Origin: Myxococcota bacterium
GTDB taxonomy: Bacteria > Myxococcota_A > Polyangia > Polyangiales > Sandaracinaceae
Direction: 5' to 3'
DNA: 57,766 bases
Assembly (NCBI GenBank): GCA_036149055.1
Contig: JAYZQJ010000157.1
Span: forward strand, 1-57,766
In this document: piece after piece, positions 1 to 8,030 of the stretch
How positions within the stretch are numbered: position 1 is the first letter of the stretch
Layout: each line of letters starts with the position of its first letter
Notes under the pieces: generated by a model
The model's input: only the letters and a program-made list of their open reading frames with translations
Told to the model about the DNA's origin: nothing
The model's database searches: none
Program-made: the position numbers and the translations under genes

Positions 1-457
1 CCATGGCCGCGCTGAGCGTCGGGCTCGTCCCGAGCGCTTCGCCCAGGTCGAGCGGGACCCGCCACGGTCGCGCCCCGTGATAGACGACCACTGGCACGAT
101 CGGCGACAGGCGCAGTCGCCCGTCGACCGGCTGACCCTGAGGATGCCAGAGTCGGAGCGCGTAGTCGGCCATCCGGAGAGGCATACGCGGGTCGGGCGTG
201 CTCTGGTGCTCGAGCAGCAGGTAGAACCGAACGTCCTGGCCATCCACGCTCCCCGAGAACACCAGGTCGCTGGCGAGGCCTCGCAGCGCGGCTCCCACCG
301 TTTCCCCGGAGCGCAACTCGAGCGACGACCAGTCGACGACCGCGGCCAGGTCTTCGGGCAAGATGCTGCGGAGGAGCGCGCCGCCCCGCTCGACGTCCCC
401 GAAGACTCGCTTGAAGAGCGCATCATGAGGTGACGGGTGCTCGGGGAGCGCGGGCAT
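1..457 (-). CDS. Rpn/YhgA-like recombination-promoting nuclease (PD-(D/E)XK, 'putative transposase'); 3' part runs off the window
   Basis: Manual translation from ATG 457: MPALPEHPSPHDALFKRVF...ASDLVF...YLLLEHQSTPDPRMPLRMADY...PIVPVVVYHGARPW. HDxLFK, EHQS and YHG..PW are Rpn-family motifs. Absent from the ORF track because it has no stop inside the window. Confidence 0.85.
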   Translation of the reverse strand, partial: MPALPEHPSPHDALFKRVFGDVERGGALLRSILPEDLAAVVDWSSLELRSGETVGAALRGLASDLVFSGSVDGQDVRFYLLLEHQSTPDPRMPLRMADYALRLWHPQGQPVDGRLRLSPIVPVVVYHGARPWRVPLDLGEALGTSPTLSAAM

Positions 458-534
458 TTGCGCAGGCTCGCACGCGGGCGCCAACGGCTCAACACGACTT
501 CGGGTGAATGTGGCAATGAAGGCTGCGCTTTGCC

Positions 535-941
535 GTGGTCGATCGCGCCGAGCCGCCGGTCCTGGTGATACTCTCGGCGACAGGTCCGATGGCTCTTCTC
601 TTCTCCGCGCCGGCCTGGATGTGGATGGTCCGCGCGACCGCGCTGGGGCTCGCGCTTGCGCGAGCGGACTCGTCATCGTCACGGAGGGGGCCTGGATCGG
701 CATCCTCGTGGACGCGCTCGTGATGGCGGCGTCCGCCTGGTGTGTCGTGTCGGTCTGGCGCCAGCTCGGCGTCGTGGAGGGAGCGCTCGGTCACGTCGCT
801 CGGGTGGCGCTCACCGCTCTGGCGGTGCTGGTCTCCCTCGTGTGGCTGGCCGCAACGATCATCCCGGGACCCCCACCCGGCGTGTCCTACGAGGAGTGTG
901 TCGAGGGCTGGCACGGGTGGGACCAGTCCTGGGGCCCGTAG
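535..941 (+). pseudogene. Small multi-pass membrane protein, apparently frameshifted near 660
   Basis: Hydrophobic segments lie in the 535..723 frame up to ...LGLALA, then continue in the 504..941 frame (ASGLVIVTEGAWIGILVD...). Confidence 0.4.
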
Positions 942-997
942 CATCGACCCGGCCTGGAGATGCTCGGGTCACCGGACGTGCCGCCGGGGACCGCTCC

Positions 998-2269
998 TCA
1001 GCGGAGGCGGTAGGCGACGACGACGGGCGGGTTGGAGTAGGTGCCCTGCTCGCGGTCGGCGCCGGTCATCGTGAGGTAGAGGAGGCCGCGCTCGGCGTCC
1101 CAGGCGCCGCCGCCCATCTGGGGGCGGGCGTCGACGAAGGGCGACTCGAAGGGGCCGTGCGCGTAGGGGCGCACGTCGCTGGGGGCGAGCTCACCGGCGC
1201 GCACCGCCGCCAGGTCGTTCAGGTCGAAGAACCAGTAGCGGAGCGAGCGGTCCTCGGGGTCGCGGGAGCAGTAGCCGGCGCACTCCGAGTCGAGGCCGTC
1301 GGGCACGCACTTGTAGCAGACGCCCCGCGGGCCGTGGCCGCCGCTGTAGCCGAAGGTGGCGTAGGTCCGGGTGCCCGGCACCACGAAGCCGAAGACGGCG
1401 CGCGAGAGGTGCGTCCAGAGGTCGTTGTCGCCTTCGTCGTTCGAGAGATCGGAGTGGAGCGGGGCGGCGAGCGAGTAGTCGAGGAGCGCGGTGGTCGGGA
1501 TGGGGTCGACGCCGCTCACGATGTCGTCGAGGGACACGAGGTGGGCGCTCGGGCCGACGCTCAGCCGCGAGATGATCGGGTGGCCGCTCGAGAGCCCGGT
1601 GATCATCGCTCCGCCCAGCAGCTCGCGGTGCTCCTCCGGGATCGGGGAGAGCCAGCCGGCGCCGTGGGCGCGCGCCTCGAGGCCGTAGAAGCCGTCGATG
1701 GCGGAGCCGGCGAGGTCGCTCGCGTCGCGCAGCACGAGGGTGGTGTGCGTGTTGTCGGCCGGCGCGTCGTAGTACTCGATGGCGTTGAGGATCAGCGCGC
1801 CGTCCTCGACCCACATCCCGGTGATGCTCGAGATGGCCTGCGGGTTGTCGACCCGGGTCAGCACCCGGGCGAAGGGCTGGATCGGCGGGTCCGCCATGTT
1901 CAGCTCCGACAGCGTCTCGCTCTGGACGAGCTCGGGGATGCGAAACTCGGCGATGGCCTGCTGGTGACTGTGGCCGACGATGAACATCGTCTCGCCGCTC
2001 TCCGACAGGGCCATCGTGCCGACGGCGAAGTTCAGGTCGGACTCGCCGAAGGTCATGGCCGGGAGCCGGAACGCGCCCGCGACCTCGAGGTCCTCCACCG
2101 CGAGCAGCGGCAGCTCTCCGCCGCCCGCGTCCGGCGCGGAGGCGTCCACCGCGGAGCGTCCGGCGTCGAAGGCGGAGGCGTCGGCGACGGAGGCGTCGCC
2201 CCCCGGGGCCGAGCCGTCACAGCCGAGGAGGGCGAGGGCGAGCGAGGCGATCAGCGCGCGATGCGGCAT
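998..2269 (-). CDS. Hypothetical lipoprotein, probably beta-rich/propeller-like
   Basis: Lipobox LALLGC, DAS/DAG linker, strong GC3 codon bias, TAAGCT 6 nt before the ATG. Confidence 0.75.
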   Translation of the reverse strand: MPHRALIASLALALLGCDGSAPGGDASVADASAFDAGRSAVDASAPDAGGGELPLLAVEDLEVAGAFRLPAMTFGESDLNFAVGTMALSESGETMFIVGHSHQQAIAEFRIPELVQSETLSELNMADPPIQPFARVLTRVDNPQAISSITGMWVEDGALILNAIEYYDAPADNTHTTLVLRDASDLAGSAIDGFYGLEARAHGAGWLSPIPEEHRELLGGAMITGLSSGHPIISRLSVGPSAHLVSLDDIVSGVDPIPTTALLDYSLAAPLHSDLSNDEGDNDLWTHLSRAVFGFVVPGTRTYATFGYSGGHGPRGVCYKCVPDGLDSECAGYCSRDPEDRSLRYWFFDLNDLAAVRAGELAPSDVRPYAHGPFESPFVDARPQMGGGAWDAERGLLYLTMTGADREQGTYSNPPVVVAYRLR

Positions 2270-2370
2270 GTGCGCAGCTTACCTCGCGCGCCGCGCCCCT
2301 CTCACCGCTGGCGCGCTTCGATGCAACTTCGGCGCGCGGCTACTTCTTCTCGCGCTGACGTCGCTGCGCC

Positions 2371-3969
2371 TCAGGGACAGACCTCGGCGTCGGGCTCCTG
2401 CCCGCTTCGCAGCCACGCCTGCGCGCACGGCCGAGGATCGTAGCCGGTCTCGTCCTCCACGACCGCCAGGAGATCCTCGAAGCGAGCCGCCGTGCCTCGA
2501 CGCGTCGCGTAGAAGGCGCGCAGGGCGGCGTCGAGCGCGCCGCGCCCGACGCGCCGCTCCAGCGCGCGCATGAAGTGCGCCCCCATCATGTAGGGGATCG
2601 CAGACCAGTAGCCGTCCTCGACGAGGTCGACGACGCCACAGCCCTCGGGCCACGCGACGTGCGGGATGCTGGGGTCGGCGAGCGCCGCGTCGAGCTCGAG
2701 GCGGTACTGCGCCCAGACCGCGTCGGCCTCGGCCTCGCCCGCCGCCGCTTCGACCGCGCGCGCCGCGACGTAGGTGGTCACCCCTTCGGAGAGCACGAAG
2801 TCCTCCCAGCACGCGATGCGCACGCCGTTTCCGAACCACCCGTGCGCCGCCTCGTGCGCGTGCGTCTCGAAGACGCCCATGGACTCGGTCGCGACGTGCC
2901 AGAAGGGGTGGTGCTCCATGCCGCCGAACGCTCCCTCGCCCCAATCGGCCTGAACGCTGCCGGCCCGGGACCCGAACATGTAGTCGCCGTAGGTCTCCTC
3001 CAGGAACGCGAAGGCGTCGACGAGGTGCTCGGTGCCGCGCAGGCCCTCGGCCTCGGCGCCCGGGAGCGTCCAGACGGAGATGTCGGTCCCCGACGGAGTG
3101 CGACCGAGAGGGTGCTCGGTGAGCTCACCCGCGGCCCAACCCAGCATGTAGACCGGCCCTTCGCGCTCGAGCGACGCCGCGGCGACGAGCGTCCCCGGGG
3201 CGTCGACCACCTCGAGGGTGTAGGTCATGCCTTCGGCCGGATCCGGGTTGCAGGGGAAGAGGTTGCCGCAGAAGTAGGGCCAGGTGAGCGTGCTGCCGTT
3301 GGGGAGCAGCCCGTAGGCGCCCTCCTGGACGGTGAAGTCGTACGCGAAGGACAAGGTGAGCTCGCCCGCGGTGCCCGGCGGTAGGTCGACGAACAGCCAG
3401 CCGGCGTCGCGCGCGTGCGGGAGGGCGCGGCCGGCGAGCTCGACCGCGCGCACGTCCAGCCCCGCCGCGTCGAGCGCGATCCGGTCGGCGGGCGGCGCGG
3501 CGACGCGGACGTCGGCGGTCGCGGTGAGGGCGGAGACGTCGGCCCGCAGGTCGGTGTGGAGCACGTCGGGCACCGCGACGGCCAAGTCCTCGCACGGGGG
3601 CACCGCGGCCACGAGCTGCCGCATCGCGGTGGGGCCTACCCAGGGGACCGCGTCTACCTCGTCGATGGTCGCGAAGAGGGCGTCGTCCGCGGTGCCGAAG
3701 ACCGCGTCGGGGCCGTCGCGGTGCGCCGTGAGGTGCTGCGCCGCGCGCGCGTGCACCCCCGCCTCCATCAGCGCGCCGGCGCCGGGGCCCTCGTTCAGCC
3801 ACCCGACCACCGCGAGCAGCTCGCAGGTACGGAAGTCGGAGCCGTCCGCCTTGGCCCCGGGGACGACCGCCGGGTCGCGCTCGCCGTCGGGGCTCGCCGG
3901 AGGGGCGCAGGCGCAGAGCCAGAGGGCGGTCGCGCTCAAGGCGCCGAGCGGGAGCTTGCGAACGATCAT
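2371..3969 (-). CDS. M1-family Zn aminopeptidase lipoprotein with an N-terminal ComEA-like helix-hairpin-helix domain
   Basis: GGMEH and HEAAH...LSEG (HEXXH-X18-E) motifs; lipobox LCAC; AKADG...EVDAVPWVGP segment. Start placed at ATG 3969. Confidence 0.85.
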   Translation of the reverse strand: MIVRKLPLGALSATALWLCACAPPASPDGERDPAVVPGAKADGSDFRTCELLAVVGWLNEGPGAGALMEAGVHARAAQHLTAHRDGPDAVFGTADDALFATIDEVDAVPWVGPTAMRQLVAAVPPCEDLAVAVPDVLHTDLRADVSALTATADVRVAAPPADRIALDAAGLDVRAVELAGRALPHARDAGWLFVDLPPGTAGELTLSFAYDFTVQEGAYGLLPNGSTLTWPYFCGNLFPCNPDPAEGMTYTLEVVDAPGTLVAAASLEREGPVYMLGWAAGELTEHPLGRTPSGTDISVWTLPGAEAEGLRGTEHLVDAFAFLEETYGDYMFGSRAGSVQADWGEGAFGGMEHHPFWHVATESMGVFETHAHEAAHGWFGNGVRIACWEDFVLSEGVTTYVAARAVEAAAGEAEADAVWAQYRLELDAALADPSIPHVAWPEGCGVVDLVEDGYWSAIPYMMGAHFMRALERRVGRGALDAALRAFYATRRGTAARFEDLLAVVEDETGYDPRPCAQAWLRSGQEPDAEVCP

Positions 3970-4080
3970 GGCCGGAGGTTGCACCGCGCGGAGGGGATCG
4001 TCGCTGCGGTGGCGCGCGTGGTGGCGTGCGTGGCGCGTCACGTGTCTCGCCGACGGCGACCGAGGCGCTATCGTGCGGCC

Positions 4081-5088
4081 GTGTCCGTCCAGACGTCGAC
4101 CGCGCTCGTCGCGCTCGTTCGCAACGCGGGGGTCTCCACGCAGGAGCTGGCGCGGGCGGCCGGGTTCGCCCGAGAGATCGTCGAGTCGCCGACGATGGTC
4201 AGCTACGCGGAGGGCGTACGGATCTGGGAGGCGGCCGAGCGGTTGACCGGGGATCCGAACGTCGGCCTCACCGCCGGCGCGCGCTGCCGCCCCGACCAGA
4301 TCCCCGTGCTGGGCACGCTCTTCGGGCACTGCGCCGACCTGACCGATGCCCTGCGCCGGCTCGCGCGCCTCGTGCCGATGGTGATCCGGGGCGTCCCCGT
4401 GGGCTTCGACGGTGACACCGGGACCTTCTCGTACACGTCCCCCTCGACGACGCCTCACGGGGTGGACGCCATGTTCGCCGCGGTCGTTCAGCTCGCGCGA
4501 CATTGCGCAGAGGCGCCGATCGCGCCCTGCGAGGTCCAGCTCCAGAGCGCCCCGCCGCGTCACCCGGAGGTCTACGAGCGCTTCTTCGAGGTGCGACCTC
4601 GGTGGGGCGCGAAGCGCTCCTCGCTGCGCTTCACGCGCGCCACGCTGGCGATTCCCTTCCGAGGGGCGGCGCCGGCGCTCGCGGCGCTGCTCGAGGAGCG
4701 CGCGCCCGCCCTCATCGAGCCGGCCGGGGCCGAGCGTCGGGACCTGCGAGCCGCGATCATAGCGGCCATCCGGGCGTCGCTTCAGGACGGGCTCGACCCG
4801 ACCCTGAGCCGGGTCGCGCTCGACCTCGGGACGAGCCCGCGCACCCTCCAGCGCCGGCTCGCGGACCGCGGGCTCCGCTTCACCGCGCTGCGCGACGCGA
4901 CCCGGCGCGCGCTCGCCGAGGAGGCGGTGCTGACGGGGAGCGAGCCGACCCTGCAGATCGCGCTGCGCCTCGGCTTCGCCTCCCGGAGCAGCTTCGAGCG
5001 GGCGTTCCGTCGGTGGACGGGCGAGACCCCGGCGCGCGCCCGCGAGCGCTCCCTCGGGCAGGGCTCGGGTTCGTCCCCATCCGAGTGA
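4081..5088 (+). CDS. AraC-family transcriptional regulator (N-terminal ligand domain + C-terminal HTH)
   Basis: SPRTLQRRL...IALRLGFASRSSFERAFRRWTGETP; GTG 4081 preceded by TATCGT-N6. Confidence 0.9.
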   Translation: MSVQTSTALVALVRNAGVSTQELARAAGFAREIVESPTMVSYAEGVRIWEAAERLTGDPNVGLTAGARCRPDQIPVLGTLFGHCADLTDALRRLARLVPMVIRGVPVGFDGDTGTFSYTSPSTTPHGVDAMFAAVVQLARHCAEAPIAPCEVQLQSAPPRHPEVYERFFEVRPRWGAKRSSLRFTRATLAIPFRGAAPALAALLEERAPALIEPAGAERRDLRAAIIAAIRASLQDGLDPTLSRVALDLGTSPRTLQRRLADRGLRFTALRDATRRALAEEAVLTGSEPTLQIALRLGFASRSSFERAFRRWTGETPARARERSLGQGSGSSPSE

Positions 5089-5127
5089 TGGGGCCGGGGC
5101 GGCGGGGCGATCCCAGCGGCGCGTCGC

Positions 5128-6774
5128 TCACGGATCGGCGACGCAGCCCGCCTCGAACGGCGCGCCCGGGCCGAGGGTGCGCGCCCACCGGCCGTCGGCG
5201 CGCGAGCCCGTGTGGTCGAGCCACTCGGCGCCGACGCGGACCCAGCGTCCATGACGCTCGCCATAGATGGCGATCCCCGGGGGCGTGGGGTCGGTCTCCC
5301 AAGGGGGCCGGTGCTCGCGCCCGGACCCCACGACGATCTCCGCGCTGCCGTCGGCGTCCACGTCCGCGACGACCGGGTACTCCGTCCGCGTCCGCGAGTG
5401 GTTCGGGGCCCGGTGCCGGGTGCGCCCGGTTCGACCCTCGAGCACGCGCAGCTCGGTCTCGTCGGCGTGGATCACCTCGGGGAGTCCGTCGCCGTCGAGG
5501 TCGGCCGCGCTCACCCCGGTGACTCCGCTGTGATCGGTGATCGCGGCCTTCCACCTGATCTCACAGCCCCGGCAGTCCGGGTCGACCATCACCACTTCGG
5601 CGCGGTTCGCGATCACGAGCGCGTCTCCCCCGTCCCCCACGAGATCCGCCACGAGCGGGGGGCCGCCCGCGAACAGGAGCTCGAGGAAGGGCGCTCCGGG
5701 CAGCCGGCCTCGGCCGAGGATCGCGCCGTCGGACGGGTCCAGCACGTACCACCGCGACTGCCGGACGAGCGCCACCTCCGAGCCCCGGCGGTCGGCGAGG
5801 AAGTCGCCGACCGCCGAGAACCCGTAGAGCTCGTCCCGGAGGCGCCACAGGACGCGGCCGTCGGCGCGATAGGCGACGCGACCGGCGAGCACCTCGAGCG
5901 CGCCGTCGCCGTCGAGGTCCACCGCATGCACGAGGGGGCCCCAGTAGCCCTGCGACGCGCTGAGCGCCTCCGAGTCGACGCAGAAGCGGGTCCGCCCGCT
6001 CGCTCCCTCGACGACGCAGTGTCCGAAGATGACCTCGACCGTTCCGTCGGACTCCAGATCACGCACGATGGGCGCCCCGGAGACCGAGAGGAGCGTGCGG
6101 CGCGGCGAGGGCGGCGTCAGCGGCGCGTAGGGAGGCGCGGTCGCGCTCCACAGGGCCTCGCCGTCGAGCTCGAAGGCGTGCATGTGACCGTAGCTGCCGA
6201 GCGCGACCAGCTCGAGCTCTCCGTCACCGTCGAGATCGCCGGCCGCGAGGGTGGCGGTCGGGGCGAGGGCTCGGACCTCGGGGTCGCTCCAGCTCACGGT
6301 CCGCCGCGTGGCCAGATCCACGATGCGCAGCACCCCGCCGAGCTCGGGCGCCATGCGGCCGTTCTCGAGCGGCCCGTCGCCCACCAGCTCCCCGTCGGTG
6401 CTGACGAGCCGGCCGTGCGAGACGAAGGCCAGCCGCGTCGCCTCGCCCTCCCTCGTCGGCGGCAGCACCAGCGGTGTCGAGGTCACGTGCGTACGGTCGG
6501 GGTGCTCGAGCGGCTCGTCGGGGAACGGCCAGCGGCGCTCCAGGACCATCGCGAGGGGCGCGCACCCCGCGTCCCCATGCGTGCGCGGGTCGGGTGAGGC
6601 GTCCGGGGGCGCCGGCACGTCGAACGAGGCGTCCGCCGCGGGTGGGGCGTCGGGCGCGGCGTCGAACGGCGCGGAGCTCGGTCCGACGGGGACCTCGAGC
6701 CCGGTCGCCGCGGAGCACGCGCAGAGTAGGGCGGCACCGAGGTGCCCCGCCAGCCGCTGCGTCCCCCATCGCAT
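5128..6774 (-). CDS. FG-GAP/VCBS-repeat lipoprotein
   Basis: Repeated DLDGDGxxE motifs, YPVVADVDADGSAEIVV, lipobox LCAC. Confidence 0.85.
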   Translation of the reverse strand: MRWGTQRLAGHLGAALLCACSAATGLEVPVGPSSAPFDAAPDAPPAADASFDVPAPPDASPDPRTHGDAGCAPLAMVLERRWPFPDEPLEHPDRTHVTSTPLVLPPTREGEATRLAFVSHGRLVSTDGELVGDGPLENGRMAPELGGVLRIVDLATRRTVSWSDPEVRALAPTATLAAGDLDGDGELELVALGSYGHMHAFELDGEALWSATAPPYAPLTPPSPRRTLLSVSGAPIVRDLESDGTVEVIFGHCVVEGASGRTRFCVDSEALSASQGYWGPLVHAVDLDGDGALEVLAGRVAYRADGRVLWRLRDELYGFSAVGDFLADRRGSEVALVRQSRWYVLDPSDGAILGRGRLPGAPFLELLFAGGPPLVADLVGDGGDALVIANRAEVVMVDPDCRGCEIRWKAAITDHSGVTGVSAADLDGDGLPEVIHADETELRVLEGRTGRTRHRAPNHSRTRTEYPVVADVDADGSAEIVVGSGREHRPPWETDPTPPGIAIYGERHGRWVRVGAEWLDHTGSRADGRWARTLGPGAPFEAGCVADP

Positions 6775-7046
6775 CCACGCAGCGTGGGGCGCGCTCGCGC
6801 CCGCGCCCAACCGGTGGCGGGCGCGGTAGCGCCGTTGGCGCAGGCGGCGTCGTCGCAGGGGCCGAGACGCGCCGGATCACCGGAGGCGTCGGCTCGAGGC
6901 CCGACGCGACAGGAGCGACGCCCAGCGCGCCACGTTCTGGCGGCGGCGACGGCGCGGGACACGTTGTCACGATGGTCAGCCAGCCCATTGACCCGTCGCG
7001 GAGCCGGGATGCAGGAGCCCCCGATTTCCGGAACGCCCACCCATCG

Positions 7047-8000
7047 GTGCGAGGCCGCACGTGTGGGGGCAGGCCGACCGAGCTCGCGACGACCGAGCTC
7101 GCGACGACCAAGCTCGCGACCCTCTCCCTCGTCGTCGCCGTGCTCGGCGGCTGCGCGCTGTCGCACGGACGCGCGGACGAAGGGGCCGACGGCGGTCGGG
7201 CCGATGTCCACGTCACGCCCGATGCCCATCTCGAGGCTCACCGTCGCGTGGGCAGCTATCACGAGGCGGCCGCGATCGTTCACCGGGTCGGCTCGCTCCC
7301 GAGGCTCCGGGCGTGCATGCCCCGGGGCGGTACCGTCGAGCGCTGCGTCCTCACCCAGCGGGAGCCGGGCGAGGGCTGTTCCGGGCGAGGTCGGCGGCGG
7401 ACGCCCGCCGGCTGCGTGATCGAACGGGACGAGACCGAGGCGGGCGGCTACTGGCGCGAGGAGATCTCCACGAGCTACTGCCGAGAGGGCTCGCTGGAGC
7501 TCGTGGTGGACATGGAGGGCGTCCCGGAGAGGGTGCACGTGTCGATCGCCTGCGCGCTCGACACGTACCTTCCGGGGCTGACCGTCCGTGGGTGGCGGAC
7601 CGGCGAGGCGCCCGCCGCCGTCGGGCGGAGCTGCACGTTGCCCGACGTCCCCACCGGCGGGCTGACCACGACGGAGACCCTCGTCGCGGTCGACCCGGAC
7701 GCGTGCGGAGGGCTCCCCTGCGTCGCCTCCGGTCTCGAGGGCGACCCGCGCGTGATCTGCGATCGCGCGGAAGGCGGCGAGGACTGCACGCCTGCGCACG
7801 AGGTGGCCGCCCACATCGCCTGCTCGTGTCGTTGCTCGCGGCTGGAGGGTGACCCGAGCGTCCCGCTCTGCGCCTGCCCGGACGGGACCGTCTGCTCCGA
7901 CGAGCTGTTGCGCGTGCCGGGGACCGGCGTCGGGGGGGGGTGGTGCGTCCCCTGCTCCGACGACCCGTTCACGCCCAACGTACCGCGCTGCCGGGGCTGA
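7047..8000 (+). CDS. Cys-rich lipoprotein; start uncertain (GTG 7047 or ATG 6972)
   Basis: Lipobox VLGGC; C-terminal VGRSC...CSCRC...CACPDG...GGWCV domain. Confidence 0.65.
   Translation: MRGRTCGGRPTELATTELATTKLATLSLVVAVLGGCALSHGRADEGADGGRADVHVTPDAHLEAHRRVGSYHEAAAIVHRVGSLPRLRACMPRGGTVERCVLTQREPGEGCSGRGRRRTPAGCVIERDETEAGGYWREEISTSYCREGSLELVVDMEGVPERVHVSIACALDTYLPGLTVRGWRTGEAPAAVGRSCTLPDVPTGGLTTTETLVAVDPDACGGLPCVASGLEGDPRVICDRAEGGEDCTPAHEVAAHIACSCRCSRLEGDPSVPLCACPDGTVCSDELLRVPGTGVGGGWCVPCSDDPFTPNVPRCRG
7076..7120 (+). repeat. 15-bp tandem repeat x3 (GACCRAGCTCGCGAC) in the signal-peptide region
   Basis: Directly visible; encodes TELAT-TELAT-TKLAT. Confidence 0.9.
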
Positions 8001-8030
8001 GCGCGGTCGGCGCGCCGTGCCGCCACTACT

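Noticed and set aside
77..433. 118-aa plus-strand ORF
   Set aside because: Antisense shadow of the Rpn-family gene.
6780..7045. Long intergenic gap as a possible ncRNA or riboswitch
   Set aside because: No recognisable conserved RNA motif or terminator seen by eye; an Rfam cmscan would be needed.
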